Shown piece after piece: positions 33,932-44,145 of a stretch of 64,000 bases of DNA. This DNA is from an uncultured delta proteobacterium (lineage in GTDB: Bacteria; Myxococcota_A; Polyangia; Polyangiales; B10-G4). A program made the translations under genes and the position numbers. The notes under the pieces are model-generated. The model saw only the letters and a program-made list of their open reading frames with translations. It was not told the origin of the DNA and did no database searches. How positions within the stretch are numbered: position 1 is the first letter of the stretch; each line of letters starts with the position of its first letter. The DNA lies in assembly GCA_963727445.1 (NCBI GenBank), contig CAVSGI010000014.1:1-64000 (forward strand). Direction: 5' to 3'.

Positions 33932-36900
33932 GTGGTCTACCGCGAGTCTGCACGGCGGTCGCAACAGGAGCAGGCGCCGAGTGAGGTGCTGCTCCGCGTC
34001 GACGTGACCGGACCCGCGGGGGCGGACGGCCGACACGGAGCGCCGGGCGCGAGCGGGAGCTTTGCGGGTCAGGATGGGGGCCGCGGTGGCGATGCGACCG
34101 AGGCCCACGCGGGTCAGAACGGCGGCGCCATCCTCGTGACCCTGAGCGAGCCGACGCGCGGGCAGGTCCGCCTCACCGGCGAGCGCGTCGCCCCGGACGG
34201 GAGCCGCACGGCGATCGACGAGACCCGCGACGTCGGCGACTACGGCTTCATCGATCTGGTCGCGATGGGCGGGGCTGGCGGTCACGGCGGCAACGGCGGC
34301 GACGGAGGACACGGCGCCACCGGCCGGCGCGGCAGCGACGCGACGCGCTACTCGAGCGGCGGCAATGGCGGTCCGGGCGGCGATGGCGGCGATGGGGGCA
34401 ACGCGACCAGCGGCGCGAACGGCGGCGCGGGCGGAACCGTCGTCGTCCGAGTTCGCGAAGAGGAGACCCACCTGTTGATGCTCATCCGGCGGAGCGTGAG
34501 CGGCGGCTCGGGTGGGCAGCCGGGACGCAACGGACAGGGCGGCTACGCGGGCTCGGGCGGCGCGGGCGGCAGCTCCCACTCCTGGACCACCACCGAGCAC
34601 TACACCGACGCCCAGGGGAACGCGCAGACGCGCACCCACTGGCATCACAACCCCGGCGGCTCCGATGGTCCCTCCGGTTACCCGGGTCGGGCCGCCGTCG
34701 CGCCAGTGCACGCGGGCGCCGACGGCGCCGACGGCCGCTACGCCATCGAGGTCGTCGACGCCGCCGGCCGCATCACCACCTACCCCGAGCGCTACGACCT
34801 GCGGCTCATCTCATTCGAGCACGCCTCCGAAAACGAAGACGGGATCTACGAGCCCGGTGAGCGCGTGCGCGTCTTCGACCTGAAGGTGCGCAACGTCGGC
34901 GGCATGCCGACGCCGAAGCACCAGAAGATCCTTCTGCACCTGAAGAGCGACGCGATGGTGCACCCCGAGGACGAGAGCCTCGAGCTTCCTCCGTCCCTCG
35001 CCGCTGGCTACGAGGTCGTCCTCTCCGCCAAGCCGCTCCACCTCCGCCTCGGCGACTACCGCCCCACCGGTCCCGCCGACGCGTGGTCGGTCACGCAGAC
35101 CATCCGCCACGGCGCGTACATGCCCGCGGTGGAGCGCGCCTTCACCCATTACGAGACCGAAGGGAGCGTCGCTCTCGGACGCTTCGACATCCGATTTCCC
35201 GTCGAGCTCACCGACGTCGAATGCCTCCACAGTCTCGCTGGAGGCCAGGCCTCGTCCCTCGCCTTCACCGTCGTGTCGCGCTCCCAGCGGATGTTCGGCG
35301 CGGAGGGCGATCTCGGGCGGGCGCTGCGCATCAAGCTATTCCTGTCCGACAGCGAGCTGTCGGACGCCGACGTCGTCGCGACCGATCCCGAGGGACGCGC
35401 CCTGTCCCTCGACGCCGGCCACGTGCGCGAGATCCCGCGCCTTCGCCCCGAGGAGGCGATGCGCTTCGAGTACGTGCTCGGTGTGGGGGCAGAGGCCGAG
35501 GAGTACGCCGCCGCGCGGGTCTGGCTCTCCCTCGACCTCGGCCACGTGGAGCGTCCTCTCGAGACGCGCCCAATCCAGTACCGCGACCACGAGATTCGCG
35601 TCGCGCGCCGCTACCAGCACACCCCCGGCGCGCGCACCGTGCTGGTGGTCAGCCACCGAACGAGCGCCGATACCCTGGCTGCGTGGCAGGTGGCCGCCGA
35701 GCATCTGGGCTTCCCCCTCGACATCCTCGACCTCAGCTACGAGGGGCGACTCGACCCCCTGGGCCCGCGCGACGATGGCCCCTCGATCCTCGAGCGGGTC
35801 GACGCGGGCACCCTCATCGTGTTGAACGACGTGGTGGAGACGCCCCAGGGCGCGACGCCAGCCTCGACCTTCTTCGACCTCGAGCGGGTTCGAGACGCCA
35901 TCGCCCGCGGCCTCGACGTGGCCTTCGTCGGCGAGCCGGCGGACCTCGCCGCCCTCGTGCCGCAGGCCGCTGCCGAGGCAGAGGCGCGCTTCGACGAAGA
36001 AGGCGATCTCGTGAGCGCGATCGCGAAGACCGACGGGCCCGTCGACTTCGAGCTCGCCCTTCACCGCATCGGCTTCTGGTTCGAGGCGCCCACCGAGACC
36101 CTGGTCGCGGAGCGGGCCTTCGCCTTGTCGAAGCGTCTCGCGGCGCGATTCCCTGCGCGGCGCTTCATCGTGGTCTACCACCATCACGTCGAGCGGACCC
36201 ACGAAGGCTACGTGGTGCGCCGGTGGCGCGCCGGGAGCCTTCGGGTGCTCTCGCTCACCGTGCCCGGCCAGGGTCGGGTCCTCGAAGCCCAGGTGAACGA
36301 GGCGATGCGCGCATCGCCCGACTATCCGGTCTCCCTCGAGAACCTCTCGGTGCTCCTGCTCGCGCGCGGCTTCGACGAGCGCCTCACACTCCTGGCGAAG
36401 ATGGCCCACGGCGCCATCGACACCGACGCCGCCCGCGCCCTGCTCGACGCCATGCTCGTCGACCTCGCCGCCGAGCAGCAGAGCATTCTGGTCACCGGCT
36501 TTCGCAAGGGGCTCGGCCGAGACGACCTCCTGAAGAACCTCCCCCTGCTATGCGCCCTCGCCGATCGCGCGGCCCGCGGCGACCTCGACGTCGACCCCGA
36601 GAGCGAGCTCGGTCGAGAGCTGTGCCGCTTCGTCGGCCGGCTCCGCTTCTTGACCACCAGCCAGGTTCGTCTCTGGGAGTGGCCCCTTCTCTTCCTCCGC
36701 CGTTCGGTTTCGCTCCGGGGGGCCACGCTCCGCCTCCTCGAGCGCTTCGTCGCCGACACCCTGGCCAAGAATCCCCTCCCCGATCGCGCCGTCGTCCGCA
36801 CCCGCCAGGCACAGGAGAGGATCGACGACGTGGTGTCGGCGCTCCGCGACGCGCACGACAAGGATTCGAAAGGTGGCCGCCACGCACCTGCTCACCGGGC

Positions 36901-37175
36901 CCATCGAGTGGAGTTGGCTCACCGCCGACGTGGAGCGGCGAAGGACGGCGGAGGAGCGCGTTCTGTCGAAGCAGGAGCACGACACACTGGCCACGGAGCG
37001 AAAGGCCCAGCGCGCGCTCGCGCGCGAGCTCGAAGCGCGATGCGCGGACAATCGCCAGGCCCTGCTCCGGCCCCTGCCGGGTACGCGGATCCGCGTCGAG
37101 GGAAGCGCCGGGCAAGCCGTGCTCGCGGGGGTCGACGCCGCCGCGGAAGAGGACCAGTCGGTTTTTGGACCGTGA
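33932..37175 (+). CDS. Large hypothetical protein (about 1080 aa) with Gly-rich N-terminus; frameshift near 36870
   Basis: ORF 33932.. with GC3-rich codons; GGxGGxGGDGG repeats, then ENEDGIYEPGE..VRNVGGMPTP; true C-terminus in ORF 36873..37175. Confidence 0.8.
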
Positions 37176-37200
37176 GATCCCTTCTTGAGATGGTCGGGCC

Positions 37201-37866
37201 ATGGAAGGGCAGCCCGTCAGGCTCGCGCTCCGGAGCTTGTCGGAGCTCTGTCAGCGGGCCCAGCGACTCGCGTTCAGTGGCGACCTGATCCTCCGGGAGC
37301 ACGACGGCGCGGAGCATCGCCTCGTCTTCCGGAACGGCGCCGTCGTCGACGTACGCATTCGCGGACACTTCGATCCCATCCTGAGGCGGCTCTTCGAAGA
37401 GGGCTCACTCGATCCCGAACAGCTCGTGCGCGCCCTGGAGGGCCTCGGCCAAAGCCGCCGGCGCGCAGGAGACCTCGCCATGGAGCTCGGCGTGCCCCGG
37501 CGCACCCTGCACCGAGCGCTGGCGAATCAGGGTCGGCGGCGCTTCGCCTCGCTCGCACGCATCGCCCGCCAGAAGGGCCGTGATGCCTGGCTCCATCGGC
37601 GTGAGGTGCGCCACGCCGAGGTGGCCTTCCGCCTCGACGTCGCCTCGCTCTTGCGCGAGCTCGGCCCACCCCCCGCACCGGCGATGACGCGCGCTCCCCC
37701 CAACCCGAAGAGGACCAGAAAGGACCGGCGGCGCGCCCTCAGGCGCATGGCCTTCGCCCTGCATCCCGACCGCCACCAGGACCTGAGCGAGCGGGAGCGC
37801 GCCGATCTCTCCCGGCGCCTCGCCCAGCTCACGGCCCGTTTCCATCGCGACCACGATGCAGGGTGA
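37201..37866 (+). CDS. DUF4388-like N-terminal domain plus C-terminal J-domain-like (HPD) protein
   Basis: FSGDLILREHDGAEHRLVFRNGAVV; ALRRMAFALHPDRH. Confidence 0.7.
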   Translation: MEGQPVRLALRSLSELCQRAQRLAFSGDLILREHDGAEHRLVFRNGAVVDVRIRGHFDPILRRLFEEGSLDPEQLVRALEGLGQSRRRAGDLAMELGVPRRTLHRALANQGRRRFASLARIARQKGRDAWLHRREVRHAEVAFRLDVASLLRELGPPPAPAMTRAPPNPKRTRKDRRRALRRMAFALHPDRHQDLSERERADLSRRLAQLTARFHRDHDAG

Positions 37867-37978
37867 GGCGTGGTGACGGCGCTGGCCCCCCGAATGTCCG
37901 GGGGCGAGGACGGCCGAAGGTACGCCCCATCGTTTCTCCCCTGGCGACGGCGGCGCCTTCGGTGCAAGCTCGGGCCCC

Positions 37979-38653
37979 ATGGGAGTGGTGCTCACGGCCT
38001 TCGTCGCCGGCGTCGCGCACGTGGTGGCCGGGCCCGATCACCTCGCGGCGGTCAGCCCCTTCTCCGTCGGCCGCGGGCGCAAGGCCTGGAAGGTCGGCTT
38101 TCGTTGGGGCATCGGCCACGCCCTCGGGACGCTGGTGGTGGGCCTGGTCGCGCTCCTCGCGCGCGACCTGATCCCCGTCGAGCTGCTGTCGACCTGGGGT
38201 GAGCGCCTGGTCGGGGTGGTGTTGATCGCGGTGGGCGTCTTCGCCGTACGGAGCCTGCTCCGCACCAGGGTCCACACCCACACCCATACCCACGAGGGCG
38301 TGACCCACGCACACATCCACGCGCACGTGGCGGGTAACCTCGACCACGCCCACGAGCAGCACGTCCACGACCACTCCCCGACCTCGATTGGCGCTCTGCA
38401 CGGCCTCGCTGGCGGCTCCCATCTCCTCGGAGCCCTCCCCGCCCTGGGTCTGGCTTCCGCCTTCCAAGCCGGCAGTTACCTGGTGGCCTTCGCCGTCGGG
38501 GCGGTCGCCGCCATGACCGCCTGGACCGCTGGACTGGGCGCGGCCGCGGGTCGCCTGTCGATCGTCTCCGAAGGGGCGGCCAGCGCCTTTCGCTGGACCT
38601 TCGCCCTCGCCGCCATCGCCATCGGCATCGCCTGGCTGGTCTGGTCCATCTAA
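37979..38653 (+). CDS. UreH/NiCoT-like nickel/cobalt transporter with His-rich loop
   Basis: HVVAGPDHLAAV, WGIGH, HTHTHTHEGVTHAHIHAH, GALHGLAGGSH; about six TM helices. Confidence 0.8.
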   Translation: MGVVLTAFVAGVAHVVAGPDHLAAVSPFSVGRGRKAWKVGFRWGIGHALGTLVVGLVALLARDLIPVELLSTWGERLVGVVLIAVGVFAVRSLLRTRVHTHTHTHEGVTHAHIHAHVAGNLDHAHEQHVHDHSPTSIGALHGLAGGSHLLGALPALGLASAFQAGSYLVAFAVGAVAAMTAWTAGLGAAAGRLSIVSEGAASAFRWTFALAAIAIGIAWLVWSI

Positions 38654-38750
38654 CCCCCCTTCATCCTCCCTTGCGCGCGGTGCCCCGATTGGCTAAGTAC
38701 CGCCCGCATCTGGGTTTTTGGGCTCCTCGCGACCGCGCGAGAACGCGAAG

Positions 38751-40019
38751 ATGGAGAAGCTCCGCGCCGTCAAAGGAATGAACGACATCCTCCCGGGGGA
38801 GATCCCCCGCTGGCGGAGGGTGGAGGAAGCGTTCCGAGCGATTACGGGCTGCTACGGCTACTCCGAGGTGCGCACCCCGGTGGTCGAGCCGACCGCCCTC
38901 TTCACCCGCTCCATCGGCGACACCACCGACATCGTCGAAAAGGAGATGTACTCCTTCGTCGACAAGGGGGACGCGGCGCTGACCCTCAGACCGGAGGGCA
39001 CGGCCTCCGCCGTCCGCGCCTTCATCCAGCACTCGGTCTACGCCCAGACCCCCGTGACCAAGTGGACCTACCTCGGCCCGATGTATCGGCGCGAGCGTCC
39101 GGCGAAGGGGCGCTACCGGCAGTTCTATCAGCTCGGCGCCGAGATCTACGGCGATCCCGGCCCCCACGTCGACGCCGAGCTCATCGAGATGCTGGTCCGC
39201 TTCCTCACCGGCCTCGGCGCCCAGGACGTCGAGGTCCTGATCAACTCCCTCGGCTCCGGCGAGACCCGTCGCCGCTACCGCGACGCGCTGGTGGCGTACC
39301 TCACGCCCCACAAGGATGCGTTGAGCGAGGACTCCCAGCGCCGCCTCGAAGTGAATCCGCTCCGGGTCATCGATTCGAAGGCGCCTCAGGATCAGGAGAT
39401 CGCGAAGGGCGCGCCGAGCATCCTCGACCACCTCGGCGACGACGACCGCGCGCACTTCGACGCTTTGAAGAGCGCGCTCGAGAGCCTCGGCGTGCCGTAC
39501 TCCGTCGACCCCACCATCGTCCGGGGCCTCGACTACTACACGCGCACGCTCTTCGAGGTGAAGGGCCGCGGAGGACAGCTCGGCGCTCAGGACACCATCT
39601 GCGGGGGCGGCCGCTACGACAACCTGGTCGCGGAGCTCGGCGGGCCGCCAACGCCCGCGATCGGCTTCGCCATCGGCATCGAACGGCTCTTGATGGTGAT
39701 GGCAGAGGATGACGCGGCCCACGGCCCGAGCGTCTTCGTCGTCACCCCGAACGCCGATCTGCGCGATGACGCCCTGGTCGTCCTGTCGAAGCTCCGCAGC
39801 GAGCAGATCTCCGCCGACGCCGACCTCCGCGGCAACTCCCTCAAGAGTCAGATGCGGCGCGCCGACAAGGCGGGCGCGAAGGCCGTGGTGATCGTCGGCG
39901 AGGACGAAAAGGCGCGCGGCGCCGTGCTGCTCCGGGATCTCGCGACCAAGTCACAAGAGGAAGTCCCCAAAGAGGACCTCGGTGCGCGGGTGCGCGCGCT
40001 GCTCGGAGAGGCGGGATGA
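38751..40019 (+). CDS. hisS: Histidine--tRNA ligase
   Basis: KGMNDILP, LRPEGTA, YRRERPAKGRYRQFYQ, VRGLDYY, GGGRYD, GFAIGIER. Confidence 0.98.
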   Translation: MEKLRAVKGMNDILPGEIPRWRRVEEAFRAITGCYGYSEVRTPVVEPTALFTRSIGDTTDIVEKEMYSFVDKGDAALTLRPEGTASAVRAFIQHSVYAQTPVTKWTYLGPMYRRERPAKGRYRQFYQLGAEIYGDPGPHVDAELIEMLVRFLTGLGAQDVEVLINSLGSGETRRRYRDALVAYLTPHKDALSEDSQRRLEVNPLRVIDSKAPQDQEIAKGAPSILDHLGDDDRAHFDALKSALESLGVPYSVDPTIVRGLDYYTRTLFEVKGRGGQLGAQDTICGGGRYDNLVAELGGPPTPAIGFAIGIERLLMVMAEDDAAHGPSVFVVTPNADLRDDALVVLSKLRSEQISADADLRGNSLKSQMRRADKAGAKAVVIVGEDEKARGAVLLRDLATKSQEEVPKEDLGARVRALLGEAG

Positions 40020-41809
40020 TGCGGGCGCCCGCGTTGATCGCGATCGCCATCGTCCTGTCGGGGCTCTTGGCGGCACCGGCGCGGGTCGGGGCGCAGCAGA
40101 ATCCGCCTGCCGAGGGCGAGGAAGAAGAAGGCGACGCCGCCGAAGGCGACGACGGCTCGGGCGACGACGACGACTGGGACGAAGAAGAGGGCGAGCAGGA
40201 CGAGGGCGACGGCGACGCGCAGCAGGCCGAGCCAGAGCGTCCACAGCAGCGCCAGACCCAGCCGGCGGGCGACGACGACGACGACTGGGACGAGGAGGAA
40301 GAGGAAGAAGAAGGAGAAGAGGAAGAGGAGGCGCCCGAGGACGAGCCGCTGGGAGGAGACACCACCAGCTGGGTCCAGGGGGGTCCCCCTGCGGCGACCG
40401 ACGAGGACTCGACGCTCGTCATCCCGCCCCTCTTCTTGCGGATGACGCGCGGCGACACCACCACCACCGCCGTCTTCCCTCTCTTCTTTCAGGAAGAGTC
40501 GCCCGACGACCTGTCGCGCATGATCTTCCTCTACTACTACCGGCGCAGCCTCGAGGAGAACGCGGACGTCCTGTTCCCTCTGTACTGGTCCTTCCGCGGC
40601 GTCGATTCACTGACCTTCTCGATACCGCCGGTCTACTACCACTACGACGACGACGGCTTCGACTGGGGCATCGCGCCGCTCATCTTCGACGGGCGCAGCG
40701 GCGACAGCGTCTACACCATCATCCCGCCGCTGCTGACCTTCTCCTACGCCGACGAGGACGAGGCCTACACCCTGGCGACGATCTTCTGGCGCTACCGCGA
40801 ACGCGAAGCCGTGCGCTGGGGCATCTTCCCTCTCGTCTGGGACCTCGCCACGGAGCTGAATCGGGACACCTTCGCGTTGCCCTTTTTCTTCCGCTTCTCC
40901 GATTACGAAACGGAGAACGTGCTGACCGTGGTGCCGCCCGTCTACCACGAGGAGGATCCGGAGCACGCCCTCTTCGGCGTCGCGCCGCTCTTCCATCACT
41001 ACCACGACGCGACCGGCTCCTCGCTCACCCTGCCGCCGCTCCTCTTCCATTACGGAAACTTCGACGGCGACGTGCGCCTCTTCAACCCGCTCTTCCTCTA
41101 CTTCGACGTCGACGACGAGCGCACGTTCCTCACCTGGCTGTACCAGCGGCATCGCGGGGCGACGGAGCTCGACGCGGTGGCGCCCTTCGTCTTCAGCTAC
41201 CGCGATCCGCGGGAACACTACTCGAGCCTGGTGATCCCCCCGCTGCTCTGGACCTTCTCCGGGCCCGCCTCCACCAACACGGTGGTCTTTCCCTTCTTCG
41301 GCTACTTCCACGAGCCCGGTCTCTTCTCCACCTACGCCACCCTGCTCACCGTCCACAACGTCCGACACGACGAGGACGCGGGCTTCACCTGGATCTTCCC
41401 GACCATCCAGCTCGAGCACGATCCCGACAAGAGCATCGTCAACTTCCACCCCCTGCTCTATTCGCGAAACGAAGAGGAGTACCGCCACCTCGTCATCGCG
41501 CCCATCCACTGGGACTTCGAATGGCGTGACGAGGACTACCGGGCGACGGTGGATTTCCCGATCTTCTGGCGCTTCCGCAGCGGCCCCGAGGTCAAACAGG
41601 TCCTGCTCAACACCTACTATCGCGAATACGAAGAGGACGGCGCCTCCGGGTGGGAGTTCCACTTCTTCCCGCTCTTCGCGTTCGGAAAGCCGCGGCCGAG
41701 CGACCACTGGTGGAGCATCCTCTACGGCCTCGTGGGCTACCGACGACAGGGCAGCTACGGACAGACCCGGCTCTTCTGGATCCCCTTCCAGACCGACGGG
41801 CCGGACTAG
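40016..41809 (+). CDS. Exported protein with acidic linker and aromatic/Pro (FPL/PPL) beta-repeat body, possibly outer membrane
   Basis: Signal peptide, D/E-rich tract, about 20 repeats of the xxFPLF/xxPPLL type; ATGA overlap with hisS. Confidence 0.7.
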   Translation: MMRAPALIAIAIVLSGLLAAPARVGAQQNPPAEGEEEEGDAAEGDDGSGDDDDWDEEEGEQDEGDGDAQQAEPERPQQRQTQPAGDDDDDWDEEEEEEEGEEEEEAPEDEPLGGDTTSWVQGGPPAATDEDSTLVIPPLFLRMTRGDTTTTAVFPLFFQEESPDDLSRMIFLYYYRRSLEENADVLFPLYWSFRGVDSLTFSIPPVYYHYDDDGFDWGIAPLIFDGRSGDSVYTIIPPLLTFSYADEDEAYTLATIFWRYREREAVRWGIFPLVWDLATELNRDTFALPFFFRFSDYETENVLTVVPPVYHEEDPEHALFGVAPLFHHYHDATGSSLTLPPLLFHYGNFDGDVRLFNPLFLYFDVDDERTFLTWLYQRHRGATELDAVAPFVFSYRDPREHYSSLVIPPLLWTFSGPASTNTVVFPFFGYFHEPGLFSTYATLLTVHNVRHDEDAGFTWIFPTIQLEHDPDKSIVNFHPLLYSRNEEEYRHLVIAPIHWDFEWRDEDYRATVDFPIFWRFRSGPEVKQVLLNTYYREYEEDGASGWEFHFFPLFAFGKPRPSDHWWSILYGLVGYRRQGSYGQTRLFWIPFQTDGPD

Positions 41810-41816
41810 AAGCTAT

Positions 41817-41987
41817 CTCAACACTCAGCGCTCGCGAACTGCATGACCGCGCCGAAGGGAGGGTCCCACCCCGGGGCTCGGGGACCTTGCAGATGCGAGC
41901 GCTTGTTGGGCTGGGGCGGAGCCCCACTAATCTTAGTCTAGGGGCGGGATCCGGAACAGGAACGGGATCCGGAACGGGATCCGGATC
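41817..41987. repeat. Structured intergenic palindromic element (REP-like or ncRNA) between convergent genes
   Basis: Nested inverted repeats AGCGCTCGC/GCGAGCGCT, CTGCA/TGCAG, GGTCCC/GGGACC; hairpin TGGGGC-GGA-GCCCCA; then GGATCCGGAAC repeats. Confidence 0.55.
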
Positions 41988-42547
41988 TACTGGTCGCCGT
42001 AGTCGATCGGCTCGGCTTCCACGGTGGCCGTGCTCTGGGTCTGCATGTCGGCGGGCAGGTAGTCGCCTGCGGGGAACTCGATGAAGAGGTAGTGATACGC
42101 GCCCTCGGAGGGCTGCACGCTCACGCTCGGCGTGACAGCGGCGCGCATCTCGAGGACCAGGGCGACGTCGTGGCCGCGCCGCTCGACCTTGGCGCGGGTG
42201 ACAGGGGTGTTGAAGTAGCGCGTCTCGAGCGGACGGCGATTGTTGCGAAGGTGGATCCCGAGGTTCTCGAGGATGATCACCGCGCGCCCGCTCTCGTTCT
42301 CGACGCGGTACTGGACCGGCTGCGTCGTCTGTACGAAGAAACGGCTGGCGCCGTCGGGACGCGCTTGAAAGCCGGGCCAGGTGAGCAGGCGTGCTTCGCC
42401 GCTCGGGGCCCGGGGCGGCAGATGCCCGGTGCCGGGGGTCACGCCGGCGTACTCGCCGACGGGGTGCGGGCCCGTGTTTTCCTGCGCCAATGCCGCCGCA
42501 GCGAAGCCGAGACCGATGACCAGGGACAGAGTGAGGGCGCGTCGCAC
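41987..42547 (-). CDS. Exported AMIN-domain-like protein
   Basis: Signal peptide AAAALAQ; LTWPGFQ..SRFFVQ, NNRRPLETRYFNTPV, YLFIEF. Confidence 0.6.
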   Translation of the reverse strand: MRRALTLSLVIGLGFAAAALAQENTGPHPVGEYAGVTPGTGHLPPRAPSGEARLLTWPGFQARPDGASRFFVQTTQPVQYRVENESGRAVIILENLGIHLRNNRRPLETRYFNTPVTRAKVERRGHDVALVLEMRAAVTPSVSVQPSEGAYHYLFIEFPAGDYLPADMQTQSTATVEAEPIDYGDQ

Positions 42548-42638
42548 GAGGAGATCGTAGCGGAGCCCGGCTGACCGCCGCAAAGAATGGGCGTGGAGCG
42601 GGATTCTCCCTTCGAAAACGTTAGTATCCGGCCGCCCG

Positions 42639-44145
42639 ATGCACTCGGTCCTCGCCACCATCATCGTCGGTTGGGGTGCGATCTACGCGTACGCCGCCTT
42701 CTACGGCCTCGCCCTGTTTCGGCAGCGCCCCGAGCGCCGGGAGTACCTCTCCTTCGGCCTGGTCGGGGTGGCTCTCGTGGTGCAATGCGTGGGGGGGGCG
42801 ATCCTCACCGACGCCCACGACCTTTCGACCGGCGATCTCGGCCATGCGCATCAAGACGCTGGGCACCGCGTGGACGCTCGCCTTCCTCCACCAGTTCTCG
42901 GTGCAGCTGGCCAACCTGCGCTGGGGCCGCCTGGTGAAGCTCGGCCATGCCTGGGCGATCCTCAACACCGTCCTCGCTCTGAGCGGCTTGTCGACCGTGA
43001 ACGGCGAGATGGCCCCTGCCCCGACGTGGGGCCTGGCGGCCGCGCCCGATTACGTCGAGCCCCGTCTCTCGATCGCGGGGAGCATCGGTGTCGGCCTGGG
43101 CTGTTTCCTCGTCGCGTCGACGCTGGCGGCGTTGTCGCGCGCCGGACAGCGGGACCCTCGGGCCAAGCTCGTACTCTACGCGTTCATCGCGAACACGCTC
43201 GCGGTCTTGAACGACATGTTGATCCAGGTCGCCTCGCTGAGGTCGTACTACCTGACCGAGCAGGCGGCGCTGCTCACCGTCGTGGCGGTCAGCGCGATCC
43301 TCCTCGATCGCTACACCCGCACCAGCAAGGAGCTGGACGTGCGGACGCTGCAGCTCTCGACCAGCGTGGGCGAGCTGCGCCACACCGAGGCGGAGCTGGT
43401 GAAGAAGGAACAGCTCGCCGCGGTAGGGCTGCTCTCCGGGCTCATCGCCAATCAGGTCGAAAAGCCCCTGGCACGCATCAAGGAGACGACCGCGGGCCTT
43501 CGGGACGAGAACATCGCCGAGGAACGTCAGCGGGAGCTCCTCCCCCGTCTGGAAGAGGAGATCGATCGGCTCAACCGACTCGTGGACGACCTGCTCGCAT
43601 ACGCCCGCCCGGTGAAGCTTCAGGCACGCCCCGTCGGCATACGCGAGCTGATCGGGGACTGCGTCTCGGCCAAGATCACCGGAAGCGACGCGGTGCTCTG
43701 TGAGGTGGACATCGACGACAGCCAGCCGGTGATCTACGGGGACGCGGATCTGCTGCGCACCGCCATCGGCCACGTCCTCGACAACGCGCTCGCGGCGATG
43801 GACCAGGGAGGAGAGCTCCGGATCGTCGGCCGCGCTGGCACCGAGGTCGACGAAGCGACGGTCCTGCTCACCATCACCGACACCGGCGAGGGCATGGACC
43901 AGGACACGCTGGATAGCGCGCGGGATCCCTTCTTCACGACCCGTCCGCGAGGCACCGGCATGGGGCTCGCCATCGTCGACCGCATCGTCAAGCTCCACGA
44001 CGGCGCCGTCACCCTCGAATCGGTCCGCGGAGGTGGGACCACGATTCGGCTCACCCTCCCGGTGGGGATCGAGGGCGCGAGCTCCTCGGGAGACGATCAC
44101 CAGAGGCGCCCGCGGGCCGAACGGGCCGAGGAGGGCGCGTCATGA
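42639..44145 (+). CDS. Multi-TM sensor histidine kinase-like protein lacking the phospho-acceptor His; one frameshift near 42830
   Basis: KEQLAAVGLLSGLIANQVEKPL at the H-box; VLDNA, DTGEGM, PFFTT, GTGMGL boxes intact. Confidence 0.85.
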
